Below, in pieces: positions 10,591 to 21,068 of a DNA stretch of 64,000 bases. Made by a program: the position numbers and the translations under genes. Position 1 is the first letter of the stretch; every line of letters begins with the position of its first letter. This DNA comes from a virus. Taxonomy: Duplodnaviria; Caudoviricetes. Where the stretch lies: IMG/VR virus record IMGVR_UViG_3300028626_000002, positions 32,001 to 96,000 of that record, one strand, 5' to 3'. Below the pieces are notes generated by a model, which saw only the letters and a program-made list of their open reading frames with translations, searched no databases and was not told where the DNA came from.

Positions 10591-11232
10591 ATGAACGTCA
10601 AGACCTGCAAGATGTGCAGGGCGGAGAAACCACTGTCCGCGTTCAACAAGGATCCGACGCGGCGCGATGGGCACCATCCGTACTGCACTCAGTGTAAGAG
10701 AATCACGTTCAAGGACAAGCCTCGCCCCGGTAGGAAGCGAAAGCCGAAGGGCACCGCGCGCCGGGAGGCCTTACGGAGCGCCAGGGCCTCCCGGACGGAG
10801 AAGGTTTGCTCCGGGTGCGGGGAACTGAAGCCGCTCGCTTTGTACCACAAGCAGGCGTCTGTGCTGGACGGCCACGCCTCTCGGTGTAAGGCATGCGTCC
10901 ACGAGAGCACGGTTGCCAGGTACGACCCCGCCCGCAGCCGCGTGTACTACCTTGGGCGCCGGGCCGAGCTGCTACGGAAGACGAAAGACAGCAGGGACTC
11001 CAGGAAGCGCGCCTTCATCTTGAGGCTGGGGGGTTGTTGCGCCGATTGCGGCACGTCCCCCGACAACCCGTGGCCGCTGGCCAGCTTTTGCTTTCACCAC
11101 CCGGAGTCGGACAAGAAGGAGGCTGGTGTAGCGTCCATCATGGCCAGGCGGGGGGAAGAACGGGCGTGGGCAGAGGCGCAGAGGTGCGTCGTGCTCTGCA
11201 ATAACTGCCACGCGCGACGGCATGCCACCTAA
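10591..11232 (+). CDS. Free-standing HNH endonuclease with Zn-finger repeats
   Basis: Two CxxC..KPL..(F/Y).K...DG....CxxC repeats; C-terminal FHH...C.NCH; opposite strand to neighbours; atypical codons. Confidence 0.75.
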   Translation: MNVKTCKMCRAEKPLSAFNKDPTRRDGHHPYCTQCKRITFKDKPRPGRKRKPKGTARREALRSARASRTEKVCSGCGELKPLALYHKQASVLDGHASRCKACVHESTVARYDPARSRVYYLGRRAELLRKTKDSRDSRKRAFILRLGGCCADCGTSPDNPWPLASFCFHHPESDKKEAGVASIMARRGEERAWAEAQRCVVLCNNCHARRHAT

Positions 11233-11236
11233 CGCC

Positions 11237-11722
11237 CTACCCGGGCTTCCTCTTCTTCTCCCGGCCCCTCTGCTTGGCCTTCTCGGCCTTGTGGGCCTTG
11301 CGGACCTCGATGCACTCGGCCACTCGCTGCTTCAGGCTCTTGTCCCGCAGCGCCGTGACGGTGAAGTCCAGCTCGAAGCACTGGCCGTCCTGGAAGTACC
11401 AGACCCAGCTGAGCTGGTCCTCGGACGTCATCTGGATGTAGCAGTCGTCCTCGACGAAAGGCGCGATGGCGAAGAGCACGTACTCCAGTCCGTAGTGGGT
11501 GTCGCTCTCGCTCCAGACTCGGGTGATGCCGCCGTCAGCGTCGATCTCCGCCGCGTACCCCACCTGCCCGAGCAGCTCGGGCAGGCTCATCTGGGTGTCG
11601 ACCATGTCGCTGCCGATCTCTCGGCGGACGGTCCTGTCCCGGCAGGCCTTGCGGAAGGCAGGCTCTACGTTCCGGGCCAGGATGCGGATGTTGGACTCGA
11701 CCTCGTAGGTGTGATAGCTCAC
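11237..11722 (-). CDS. Hypothetical protein
   Basis: GTG start with GGAGG RBS; codon usage. Confidence 0.55.
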   Translation of the reverse strand: MSYHTYEVESNIRILARNVEPAFRKACRDRTVRREIGSDMVDTQMSLPELLGQVGYAAEIDADGGITRVWSESDTHYGLEYVLFAIAPFVEDDCYIQMTSEDQLSWVWYFQDGQCFELDFTVTALRDKSLKQRVAECIEVRKAHKAEKAKQRGREKKRKPG

Positions 11723-11761
11723 GTGCCCTCCGCCCTCTCGATGAGCACGGCGCGCCGTTGG

Positions 11762-12574
11762 TCAGTCAGCTGCTCCCTCCTCTTCTCCTTCTCCGGAGAC
11801 CGCTTCGGGTACTCCATCTTCTTCCTCCTCCGCCGGCGCGATGTCCGGCGTCTCGTCCTCCTCGTCGATGAGGTGGCACTCGTCGGGGGTCACCCGCGGG
11901 AACATCTGGATGCGGGACGGCCTGGAGAACACGTACTCGCCCCTCTGCTTGATGACGTCCCCGAAGTAGGCGTTCGCCAGCTGATCAGCCCACCGTACGA
12001 GCTGCTGCATGGCCCACAGCTGCCAGTGACCATGGGAGTCCTTGCCGTAGGAGTTCTCGCGCCGGATGAACGCCGGGTTGGCGATGACGCCGACGGGGAT
12101 CTTGTAGGGCACCACGGCGCCCGGGATCTCGGCGACGACGATCCGGCCGTAGTTGTGGGTCACCGCCCCCTCCATCTCGGCCAGGGAGTCCACCGCGGAC
12201 CCGCCCATGGCGATGACCAGCACCGGGTCGATGGAGCGGATGACCTGGTGCAACCACTTCACGCAGGCCTTCAGCTCCTTGGCGGTGGGCTCGCGACCCT
12301 CCGGTGGGGCGCACATGACGGCGTTGGCGATGTAGACCTCCTTCCGGTCGACCCCGATGCGGTTCAGCAGGGTGTTGAAGTACTCCCCGACGACGCCAAT
12401 CATCGGGCGACCACGTTCCACCTCGCGGTCTCCAGGCCGCTCGGCGATAAAGATGATGCGGGCGTCGGCCGGGCCCTCCCCGAACACGACCCGCTCCTTC
12501 GAGCCGCGGTTGACCCCCAAGGGGCACTCACGGCAGTCGCGGCACTCCTGGCGCAGTTGCTCCAGCGTTTTCAC
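11762..12574 (-). CDS. Uracil-DNA glycosylase, family 4
   Basis: CxxCPL, VFGEG, AERPG..E, YIANAVMC.PP..R.P...E...C motifs. Confidence 0.85.
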   Translation of the reverse strand: MKTLEQLRQECRDCRECPLGVNRGSKERVVFGEGPADARIIFIAERPGDREVERGRPMIGVVGEYFNTLLNRIGVDRKEVYIANAVMCAPPEGREPTAKELKACVKWLHQVIRSIDPVLVIAMGGSAVDSLAEMEGAVTHNYGRIVVAEIPGAVVPYKIPVGVIANPAFIRRENSYGKDSHGHWQLWAMQQLVRWADQLANAYFGDVIKQRGEYVFSRPSRIQMFPRVTPDECHLIDEEDETPDIAPAEEEEDGVPEAVSGEGEEEGAAD

Positions 12575-12612
12575 AGGTACCTCCGCTCTCCCACGTATTT
12601 ATACCCAGGAAC

Positions 12613-13989
12613 TCAGGTACTTACCGCCTGCCGGGGTCGAACGACCTCGTACTCGTACCCGTTGGCCTTGAGCTTGGACATGAGCTTGCGACAGAGCCTC
12701 TCCGCGTACTCGATGCCGTCGTCGTACAGGATGATGGCCCGGGCCGGCTGCTTGCCTTCCTTGGGCCGCTGGGCTCGCCCGGTGCCCTGCTTGATGGGGA
12801 TCCACGCCTGGAAGGGCGTGACGAAGAAGATGGTGTCGAGGTCGGGGGCATCCAGTGCCTCCGATGCCACGTTGATGGTCGCGAACACCACCGGGAACTC
12901 TCGCAGGGCCTGGAGTCGCTTGGGCCGCGGCGTGTCCCCATAGATGTAGGTCGAGTCCTCCTGCCGGCCGGCGTGCAGCAGCTTGACGTGGTCGATGGAG
13001 TGGGACAGCACCAGGACCTTGCGGCCCTTCTGCCTGGCTTTCTCCACCTCCCCCAGGATGAGGTCGTTGCGCGCCGGCAGCTTCGCCAGGAACGACCGCA
13101 GCTTTCCGATGTTGATGTCACCTAGCTGCCAGACGTTGTCGACCTTCACGCGGCTGCGGATAGCCCCCGAGTGGGGATTCACCTTGGCGCTGGTCGCCAG
13201 GAACCTGATGCCGATGGGCACCGGCTGGCTGTCATCCGAGTAGAAGACCGGCCCCACGTGGTAGTACACGATGGGCTCCAGGCAGTCCTCCCGCTGCGGA
13301 GTGGCCGTCAGCCCAAGGCGCTGCCCCCAGAACATCGGGAGGGCCTTCTTGAGCGTCGTGGCGGCCACGTGGTGGCATTCGTCGAACAGGATGGACTGGA
13401 ACCAGTGCCGGGCCTCCACGGGCAGGAACGGCCGGCGCACGAGAGTGCTGATGGAGGCGAACACCACTGGCCTCTTCCAGTCCATCTGGTTGTCCTGGAT
13501 GACCCCGATCTTCCCCCGGTAGTCCGTGAACTGCCTGATCGCACCCTCCCACTGCGCGAACGTGCCGGTGTCGTACACCACGACGAGGATGGGCCCGCCG
13601 TTGTTCACGGCCCACTTGATGGCCAGGGCCGTCTTCCCCGTGCCGCACGACAGGTGCAGAATGCCCCCGGACGTTCTCTGGAGGGCCTCCCAGGCCTTGA
13701 CCTGACGTTCGTCACGAAACTCCATGCGGTCGTCGATGCACGTCTGCGTGTAGCGCGTGGGCGTGAGGTCGACCACCTCAACGCCCTTCGGCACGGGGTA
13801 CTCACGGGGCACCCGGAAGTGCGGCCCGCAGGAGTCGAAGACGGTGTGGATGACGGGGTCTCTTCCAAAACTGCCAGCGACCACGAAGCGCAGGTCGCTG
13901 GCCAGCTTGTTGGTGTCGACGCAGCTCTTGGGCAGCCACAGCAGGTTGCCGCGGTACGCCAGGTCGGGCTCTTTGACGGTGAACTTCAC
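12613..13989 (-). CDS. Superfamily 2 DNA helicase
   Basis: CGTGKT, DECHH, LTATP.R, Q..GRA.R. Confidence 0.85.
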   Translation of the reverse strand: MKFTVKEPDLAYRGNLLWLPKSCVDTNKLASDLRFVVAGSFGRDPVIHTVFDSCGPHFRVPREYPVPKGVEVVDLTPTRYTQTCIDDRMEFRDERQVKAWEALQRTSGGILHLSCGTGKTALAIKWAVNNGGPILVVVYDTGTFAQWEGAIRQFTDYRGKIGVIQDNQMDWKRPVVFASISTLVRRPFLPVEARHWFQSILFDECHHVAATTLKKALPMFWGQRLGLTATPQREDCLEPIVYYHVGPVFYSDDSQPVPIGIRFLATSAKVNPHSGAIRSRVKVDNVWQLGDINIGKLRSFLAKLPARNDLILGEVEKARQKGRKVLVLSHSIDHVKLLHAGRQEDSTYIYGDTPRPKRLQALREFPVVFATINVASEALDAPDLDTIFFVTPFQAWIPIKQGTGRAQRPKEGKQPARAIILYDDGIEYAERLCRKLMSKLKANGYEYEVVRPRQAVST

Positions 13990-14122
13990 GTGTCACCTCG
14001 TGCGAGAAAAATACCTCTGAACGGCCCGCTTGCCAAGCCGACCAGATCGGCTCAAGCTGGGTATAACGACCATGCGGACGAATAACCGCTTGTTTGTTCC
14101 ATCTCGAACGTGAGGAGTACCC

Positions 14123-14587
14123 ATGCCCACGAAGCCCACCAAGTCCACCGGCGACATCGTCGCCAACGAGGCCGTCAAGCGCGCCATCCAGGCCCGGGAG
14201 GAGGCCAAGAACGTCCTGCTCGAGTACATGGCGGAGAACGCCGAGGTCATCCAGAACTACCGGGCCATGGTCGAGGCCCACGGCCGGCTCGAGGACGAGG
14301 TCAAGACGGCCATCCGGTCCGCGGCCGCCTTCAACCCCAAGCTGAAGTCCTTCGAGTTCGCGCCGGGCTACAAGTTCCTCCGGCCCATCGAGCGCAAGGT
14401 CAACACCCTCAAGCTGCTGGAGTTCGTGCCCGACTTCATCACCGAGCACCCCGAGGTCGTCACCATCAAGGCCGGCGACCTGGACACCCTGGTCGACTCC
14501 GGGGAGCTGGCCGCCACGGTGCGCAACGACGTCGTCGTGGAGGACCTCGGCAGCCCGCGCTGCTACGTGCCGCCGGCGGAGAAGTAG
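14123..14587 (+). CDS. Hypothetical protein
   Basis: RBS GAGGAG; downstream of GGTATAAC motif. Confidence 0.6.
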   Translation: MPTKPTKSTGDIVANEAVKRAIQAREEAKNVLLEYMAENAEVIQNYRAMVEAHGRLEDEVKTAIRSAAAFNPKLKSFEFAPGYKFLRPIERKVNTLKLLEFVPDFITEHPEVVTIKAGDLDTLVDSGELAATVRNDVVVEDLGSPRCYVPPAEK

Positions 14588-14595
14588 GAGGCAGC

Positions 14596-14781
14596 ATGTT
14601 CATCGTCATCCGGCGAACTGCGCAGGCGACGATGTCGTCTGAGGTGCTCATGGCCATGGCGAAGTCCATCTTTCGGCTGGGTGGGTTCACCTTCGAGGTG
14701 ATCCGCCACGCCGTGCCCCTGGAGGACATGCGCCAGGCCGACTGGGTGTTCGAGGTCAAGAAGAACAGGTACGATCTGTAG
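14596..14781 (+). CDS. Small hypothetical protein
   Basis: RBS AGGAGG; MFIVIRR... Confidence 0.5.
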   Translation: MFIVIRRTAQATMSSEVLMAMAKSIFRLGGFTFEVIRHAVPLEDMRQADWVFEVKKNRYDL

Positions 14782-14789
14782 GAGGCACC

Positions 14790-15146
14790 GTGGGGACGAA
14801 GACGGTCAGCATCCAGACGAAACAGAGCGGCGCGGACCCCAGCGAGACCGGGCCTATCGCGTCGCCGTTCGATGATCTCGACCCTGACGGCGAGCTGCGG
14901 ATCACCCGGTCGGCCGAGGCCAGTGTGTCGGTGGCCCCGACCAACTTCATGTGGCTGGGGGTCAAGGTCTTCTGCAGCATCGAGGTCCGGTGCCGCAAGG
15001 ACCAGTGGAAGGAGGCGTCCCAGGTGGCCATCGCGACCGCCGTGTCCGAGGTCTCCGACGACTCCGAATGGGTGGCGCCCATGTGGCGTGAGAAGGCCGA
15101 CAAGATCAAGGCTGCACTGGAGGCCAAGTGGCGGCAGACGACCTGA
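14790..15146 (+). CDS. Hypothetical protein
   Basis: RBS AGGAGG + GTG. Confidence 0.55.
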   Translation: MGTKTVSIQTKQSGADPSETGPIASPFDDLDPDGELRITRSAEASVSVAPTNFMWLGVKVFCSIEVRCRKDQWKEASQVAIATAVSEVSDDSEWVAPMWREKADKIKAALEAKWRQTT

Positions 15147-15448
15147 AGGTGAAGCTGCGCTGCATGCACGACGGGGTGGAGCTGGCCGCTGCGAGGGTGG
15201 AGTTCAGCCCGCGGCCGCACGTCGTCCTTGAATTTACCCTCAAGGTCGGACGTGCGGCCGCAGGCACGCTCTACGTGGACTCCGCCAACATCAATCCGAT
15301 GCTCGCCGCGTCAGAACACGTCGCCGACTTGAATACGGCCCTCTCGGCCTTCAAGGACGCCATGGAGCGCATCTTCCTGAAGCATCAGGGCGTGATGACC
15401 GGTGCTCCCGATGTCGACGAGGAACCCCAGGACCCCATTGAGGTCTGA
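15128..15448 (+). CDS. Hypothetical protein
   Basis: RBS GGAGG + GTG; overlaps previous gene. Confidence 0.5.
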   Translation: MAADDLKVKLRCMHDGVELAAARVEFSPRPHVVLEFTLKVGRAAAGTLYVDSANINPMLAASEHVADLNTALSAFKDAMERIFLKHQGVMTGAPDVDEEPQDPIEV

Positions 15449-15469
15449 AGGAACTTCCTGACGACCCCC

Positions 15470-15499
15470 TTGACAGGGTTTTGGGGGCTGTCCTACCCT
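15470..15499 (+). promoter_or_regulatory. Sigma70-like promoter of replication operon
   Basis: TTGACA-N18-TACCCT in intergenic gap. Confidence 0.45.
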
Positions 15500-15580
15500 C
15501 GGAGCATCCGGCCCAGGGACCCTCCCCTCGAGGATCTCTGGCCGCCCGAACTCGAATTGAGCCAGTCGAAGGAGTAGCGC

Positions 15581-16993
15581 ATGTCCAGGGAACTGGAGCT
15601 CGTCTCCCTTGTCCTGGAGACGGGGGACCTTACCCTCATCCGAGAGCACGGCATCACCCCTCAGAAGCTCGTTGGGTCTCCCGAGGCCCAGCTGGTTCTG
15701 CAGATGATCCTCGACTACGCGGCGGACCCGGCCCACGGCGGCCGGCCTCCGTCGCGGGTCACGGTGCAGCGCAGGCACAAGAACATCGAGCTGCCCCCAG
15801 TGGACGGCCTGGAGATGGTCGACCTCGTGACGAAGGTCGACTCCAACTACCTCGCATCCCGCGTCAATGCCATGCTGGCGCAGGCAAATTCCATCGCGCT
15901 GAAGCAGAACATCAAGCAGGCCGTCCAGTACATCGCCGCGGAGTCGGGGAAGCTCCTGCGGGAGGGGGGCACCAAGGAGGACATCATCTTCGAGGCTTCG
16001 GCCGAGCAGATGATCATGGACGAGTACGCTCGCATCCTCAGCACCGACGGTCTTCCCGGCATCCCGTGGCCATGGGACGTCCTCAACGAGAACACCCAGG
16101 GCGTGATGCCGGAGCAGTTCTACGTGTTCTACGGCCTCACCAAGGCCATGAAGACCTGGGTGGTGCTTGCCATCCTCGAGCACATCACCCGGGTGTCCGA
16201 CGCCAGAGTTCTGGTCTACATCAAGGAGATGCCCAAGCTGGAGATCATCCAGCGCCTCGCCCTGCTTCGGGCCAAGATCAACGACAAGAGGTTCAGCAAG
16301 GGCAAGCTGGAGCCGGAGGAGCTCGACAGGCTCCGCGACAGCATGTCCGACATGCGGAAGAAGTTCAGCGACGACCCGCGGAAGGGGCAGATCATCCTGG
16401 CAAGTACCAAGGAGCACCTCTCCGCGGAAGGCATTCGTGCGCTCATCCAGAAGTGGGGCGTGCAGGGGTTCTTCGCGGACTCCATGTACCTGATGGCCGA
16501 CGACAGAACGAAGGGCTCTCGTAGCACCACGTGGACGTCCGTCGGCAACGTGTCCGGAGACCTGCGGGACATCATCCAGCAGGAAGGCGTCTGGGGGATG
16601 GTCACGACTCAGGAGCACGAGCGCACGGGCAAGCAGCACGGGCGCTTCGGCACTGCGTCCGTCGGCTACGCCCACAAGATCATCGAGGACGCGACGATGT
16701 GCTTCCACATCTTCAAGTTCCTCGACCCCAAGACCAAGCTGCCCGAGATCGGGTTCGACTTCCCCGGCACCCGCCAGTTCGACATCCCGCAGTTCACCAT
16801 CCATGCCATCCCCGCGGAGAACTTCAGCTTCAAGCGGAAGGGCATGCGTAACCCGAAGGACGAGGAGGGTCAGGAGAAGGGAGTGCCGCAGGACATGTCC
16901 GGTCTGTCGTCGGACGAGTCCATCACCGACGGGCTGGACACGCAGGCCGCGTTCTTCCAGCTCGCGCAGACGGGCAGTAAGACGGTGAACTGA
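15581..16993 (+). CDS. DnaB-like replicative helicase
   Basis: Variant Walker A YGLTKAMKT, catalytic KEM, Walker B FFADSMYL; upstream of primase. Confidence 0.75.
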   Translation: MSRELELVSLVLETGDLTLIREHGITPQKLVGSPEAQLVLQMILDYAADPAHGGRPPSRVTVQRRHKNIELPPVDGLEMVDLVTKVDSNYLASRVNAMLAQANSIALKQNIKQAVQYIAAESGKLLREGGTKEDIIFEASAEQMIMDEYARILSTDGLPGIPWPWDVLNENTQGVMPEQFYVFYGLTKAMKTWVVLAILEHITRVSDARVLVYIKEMPKLEIIQRLALLRAKINDKRFSKGKLEPEELDRLRDSMSDMRKKFSDDPRKGQIILASTKEHLSAEGIRALIQKWGVQGFFADSMYLMADDRTKGSRSTTWTSVGNVSGDLRDIIQQEGVWGMVTTQEHERTGKQHGRFGTASVGYAHKIIEDATMCFHIFKFLDPKTKLPEIGFDFPGTRQFDIPQFTIHAIPAENFSFKRKGMRNPKDEEGQEKGVPQDMSGLSSDESITDGLDTQAAFFQLAQTGSKTVN

Positions 16994-17937
16994 TGGCAGA
17001 TGTTGCCACTATCCTGCGGCGGCACATGCCCGGCCGCATCCCTGCAACGGCCAGGGGGACGGAGATGGACCTGTGCTGCCCGTTCCACAAGGGTGGGTTG
17101 GAGTCCCACCCATCGTTCCGCGTCAACGTGGTGACCGGCCTCTCCTGGTGCAACGTGTGCAAGGAGGGCTGGAACCTCAAGAGCCTGCTCATCGCGCTGG
17201 GTCTGTCGAGGGAAGAGGCCGAGGCGGAGGTTGACGGCGCGGAGCTGTCCGACCCCAACCTGACCGAGGTCGAGATCGAGTACCTGCCGAACGTCCTCCT
17301 GTCGGCGTACAGGAAGTGTCCGGTGGGCATGCTCAGGGCTGGCTTCAGCAAGGAGGTGCTACAGGACTACGAGATTGGCTGGGATCGCATCAACAAGCGC
17401 ATCGTGTTCCCCATCCGCGACCACATCGGCCGGCTGGTCGCGCTGCAGGGGAGAAACACCGTGGGCAAGGACCTGCGGTACGTCACTTACAAGGAGGAGT
17501 TGAAGGAGGTCGTCGGCCACGAGCTGATGCACGTGAAGGTCCATCACTTCCTCTGGGGGCTGGAGAGGCTCTACGCCACCGGCTTCTACGGGGGGCTGGA
17601 CTACCTGGTCCTGGTCGAGGGCATCAAGAAGGCCCTCTGGCTGAAGCAGTTCGGCTGGGACAACGTCGTCTCGCTGAACGGCTCCTACATGTCCGATGAG
17701 CAGCAGAAGCTCATCAGCAGGCTCAACATCGACAAGCTCGTCCTGATGCTCGACGGGGACAGCGCGGGCAAGTTGGGGATTGCACGGATCGCCGGCGTCT
17801 TCGGGGGGATTATCCCTCTGGCCATCCCGGCGTACCCCGAGGGCAAGACCCAGCCCGACGACCTGTCAGTGGACGAACTAGATGAAATGCTCTCTGCGGA
17901 GGGCAGGAGATGGCAAACATGGGAAACCCTGAACTGA
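16993..17937 (+). CDS. DNA primase (CHC2 Zn finger + TOPRIM)
   Basis: CPFH...PSF...C..C; RIVFPI; VEG; DGDSAG. Confidence 0.85.
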   Translation: MADVATILRRHMPGRIPATARGTEMDLCCPFHKGGLESHPSFRVNVVTGLSWCNVCKEGWNLKSLLIALGLSREEAEAEVDGAELSDPNLTEVEIEYLPNVLLSAYRKCPVGMLRAGFSKEVLQDYEIGWDRINKRIVFPIRDHIGRLVALQGRNTVGKDLRYVTYKEELKEVVGHELMHVKVHHFLWGLERLYATGFYGGLDYLVLVEGIKKALWLKQFGWDNVVSLNGSYMSDEQQKLISRLNIDKLVLMLDGDSAGKLGIARIAGVFGGIIPLAIPAYPEGKTQPDDLSVDELDEMLSAEGRRWQTWETLN

Positions 17938-19094
17938 CCGACTACCACATCGAAGGTGTCGACGAGCCCGGGCTCGCTGGCATGGCCCAGGCGGAGGACG
18001 ACCGCCGCGCCGCCCTCTGGGCGAAGCGTGACCTGTTCCAGGAGTGGCGCCCGTCGTCCGAGCCCGAGACCGTCGTGTTCATCCCCGGGAAGTACGGGCC
18101 CAAGCAGCAGGACCCGGCGCACACGAACTTCTGCACGTTCGTCAAGACCGCCGGCAAGCGCCGGAACGGGGCCGTCGTGCACTGCCGCTGCCAGGGCGGG
18201 AAGCTGAAGGGCACGCCCTGCGTCATCTGCCACGAGGCGAAGAAGGACCTCGTGGTCAAGCAGGCCGCGTACGACAAGCTCAAGGCCGAGGGCCACGGCA
18301 AGGACGCCAAGCGCCCCCGGTCCATGCTCGAGGCCAGCGCCCACTACGCCTTCACGGTCGTCCGGCTGTCGTGGTTCCACAAGGTGGAGCACCCCGGCAA
18401 GGACGGCGGGCGCGGCTGGACCGACTACGAGCGGTGCCCGGAAGCCGACGAGATGGTGGCGCGGGACGCCACCGACTGCCCGCACTGCCTCAACGGCGTG
18501 CCCCGCGTGTTCGGGCAGCGCCGGTTCTTCAACGCGGGCTACGGCTACTACGAGGCGCTCCTGGACATCGAGCACGACGTGGGCAAGAAGTGCAAGACCT
18601 GCGGCGGCCAGATCATCGTCCAGAAGTACCTCTGCCGGCACTGCCACGCCGAAGGGAAGATGACGGTGCTGATGGACCCCAAGACCTCCGGGATGAAGGC
18701 CGAGGACAAGGCCAAGTTCTGGAAGACCCGGGTCCGCTGCGCCGTGTGCGACCGCGAGGCGAAGCCCCTCGAGGTCATCAAGTGCAAGGACAACTGCGGG
18801 CAGCCCCGCAGGCGCAAGCTCTGGGACGTGTGGCTCACCGTGCACCGCCAGGGCGGCGAGAAGACCTCCACCATCGTGAAGGACGCCGAGTTCGAGGCCC
18901 CCGCCGAGTACCCCGAGAACATCGCCAAGCTCATGAAGCCCTACGACTTCGAGCGGATGTTCCAGGTCACCTGCGAGGAGCAGGCCGAGCAGCTCCACTG
19001 CCCGAACCCCTTCGACGGGTCCGGCACGGAGGAGCCCCCGGTCGAGTCCACGACGAGCGCGCCCAACGGCACGACGGAGGCGGTCGACTACTAG
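17910..19094 (+). CDS. Cys-rich replication protein, possible ssDNA-binding protein
   Basis: At least 5 CxxC pairs; acidic C-terminal tail; between primase and PolA. Confidence 0.5.
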   Translation: MANMGNPELTDYHIEGVDEPGLAGMAQAEDDRRAALWAKRDLFQEWRPSSEPETVVFIPGKYGPKQQDPAHTNFCTFVKTAGKRRNGAVVHCRCQGGKLKGTPCVICHEAKKDLVVKQAAYDKLKAEGHGKDAKRPRSMLEASAHYAFTVVRLSWFHKVEHPGKDGGRGWTDYERCPEADEMVARDATDCPHCLNGVPRVFGQRRFFNAGYGYYEALLDIEHDVGKKCKTCGGQIIVQKYLCRHCHAEGKMTVLMDPKTSGMKAEDKAKFWKTRVRCAVCDREAKPLEVIKCKDNCGQPRRRKLWDVWLTVHRQGGEKTSTIVKDAEFEAPAEYPENIAKLMKPYDFERMFQVTCEEQAEQLHCPNPFDGSGTEEPPVESTTSAPNGTTEAVDY

Positions 19095-19116
19095 GGGCTG
19101 AGCTGCGGGGGTTCCG

Positions 19117-21060
19117 ATGTCGTCCTACCCCATGGAGTGGGTCTCCGTGCCGCGTCCGCGGTGGGTGGAGACCCCGACTCAAGCGTACGAGCTGCTCGGC
19201 TACCTGAGCGACTCGGACAGCATGCCCGTTGCGGTTGACACCGAGACCAACGGGCTGGACCGCAGCCAGTCGGTGGTGCAGTGCTGGTCGCTGTCGGACG
19301 GTCGCCGACGGTACGTTCTCACCCGGGAGATGCTGCCGCTGTTCGAGCGGTGGTTCCAGGAGACCAAGTCGCCACTCGTGTTCCACAACGCGAACTTCGA
19401 CACCGCCATGCTTCTGAACAGCGGCGTCGACCTCCAGGTGCGCAAGCGCATGGGGCGCCGCGTGGACACGATGGTGATGCACCACTGGATCGACCAGAAC
19501 CTCCCCCATGACCTCGAGTGGGTTGCCGACCATGAGCTGGGCCTCTGGAAGGTCGGCTACACGGACACCTTCGGCAAGGAAAAGCGGAGGAAGGGGGAGG
19601 CTGCCAAGGCCCCGATCATCGACCCGCTGCTGTTCGGTGACACCTCCTACAGGGACAAGGTCGCGGAGTACGCGTCGTGGGACGCCTACCTCACGTACCT
19701 CGCCTGGATGAAGTTCGACAGCGTCCTCAAGGACAAGGGCCTGTGGAACGCCTACTACGGCTACGAGACCAGGTTTCAGGACGCCGTGTACATCATGGAG
19801 CGCAACGGGATCCTGGTCGACAAGGAGCGGTTGGCGAGCTACGTGCCCCTGTACGAGGGGATGCTGGAGGAGATCCAGTCCAGGTTCAACGAGGAGGCCG
19901 GGTTCCACGTGAACCTCGAGTCTCCTCTGCAGCTCCGCACCTTCTTCTACGAGGTGCTGGGGCTGCAGCCCCCGCGGCTGCCCCGCAAGAAGGGCGGCAC
20001 CAAGGGGCTGTCGACGGCAGCCGCCGTACTCGATGTCTGGGCGAAGGAGGGCAACAAGTTCGCCCAGATGCTGCTGCGTCACCGCAACCTGAGTCAGCAG
20101 CACGAGACGTACGTCACCGGCCTGCTCAAGCGCGTGCACGGCGTCACCGGCCGCCTCTACACGGACTACACCCTGGACGTGGCGGACACCGGGCGCCTGT
20201 CTTCCAAGAACCCGAACCTCCAGAACATCGTCAACGACGACAAGATTCTCCCGGAGCTGAAGGCCCGGGGCGTGTCGTTCCGCGACGTGTTCGTGGCCCC
20301 CGAGGGCTACGAGTTCTGGGACTTCGACTACAGCCAGCTGGAGATGTGCATCGGTGCGCACTTCAGCCAGGAGCCGAAGCTCATCAACGCCATCCGTAGC
20401 GGGATGGACCTCCACAGCCTCACCGCGGCCGGTCTGCTGGGCGTGCCCTACGAGGCCGTGCTGGCGGCCAAGAAGAAGTCCGAGGACAAGGACGCGGTGC
20501 TCACCGACGCTGAGGTCAAGTACCTGAAGGCCAGGAAGGTGGCCAAGGTCGTCAACTTCGGCGTGCTGTACGGCGAGGGGCCCCAGGGCCTTGCCCACAG
20601 TGCCGGCATCTCGGAGCAGGAGGCCGAGGCCTACATCAAGCGCTTCTTCGACACCTACCCTGGAGTGCTCCACTACACCGAGGAGATGAAGAAGCAGGTC
20701 TTCCACAAGGGGTACGTGATGACCTTGCTGGGCCGCCGCCGCATCATCGAGGGCGGGCGCAGCCTGGACCGCAACACCCGCGGCTCCGCGGAACGCGCGG
20801 CCATCAACACCCCCATCCAGGGCACCGCGTCGGACATCCTGCGCCGGGCCATGATTCCGCTGGCGAACGACAGGCTGCTGGAAGCCAACAACGTCAGGGT
20901 CTGCCTGCAGGTGCACGACGAGCTGCTCTTCGAGGTCCCCAAGGGTACGGACCCTCGGGTGATCAAGCACATCCAGGACACCATGTCGAACTGCGTCCAG
21001 TTGCGCGTCCCGCTGCGGGCAGAGGGCCACTGCGGGCCCACGTGGGCGAGTGCCAAGTGA
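19117..21060 (+). CDS. polA: DNA polymerase family A with 3'-5' exonuclease
   Basis: DTET, HNANFD, YA.WD exonuclease motifs; TGRLSS..PNLQN, DYSQLE, KVVNFGVLYG, QVHDEL. Confidence 0.95.
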   Translation: MSSYPMEWVSVPRPRWVETPTQAYELLGYLSDSDSMPVAVDTETNGLDRSQSVVQCWSLSDGRRRYVLTREMLPLFERWFQETKSPLVFHNANFDTAMLLNSGVDLQVRKRMGRRVDTMVMHHWIDQNLPHDLEWVADHELGLWKVGYTDTFGKEKRRKGEAAKAPIIDPLLFGDTSYRDKVAEYASWDAYLTYLAWMKFDSVLKDKGLWNAYYGYETRFQDAVYIMERNGILVDKERLASYVPLYEGMLEEIQSRFNEEAGFHVNLESPLQLRTFFYEVLGLQPPRLPRKKGGTKGLSTAAAVLDVWAKEGNKFAQMLLRHRNLSQQHETYVTGLLKRVHGVTGRLYTDYTLDVADTGRLSSKNPNLQNIVNDDKILPELKARGVSFRDVFVAPEGYEFWDFDYSQLEMCIGAHFSQEPKLINAIRSGMDLHSLTAAGLLGVPYEAVLAAKKKSEDKDAVLTDAEVKYLKARKVAKVVNFGVLYGEGPQGLAHSAGISEQEAEAYIKRFFDTYPGVLHYTEEMKKQVFHKGYVMTLLGRRRIIEGGRSLDRNTRGSAERAAINTPIQGTASDILRRAMIPLANDRLLEANNVRVCLQVHDELLFEVPKGTDPRVIKHIQDTMSNCVQLRVPLRAEGHCGPTWASAK

Positions 21061-21068
21061 AGGAAAAG

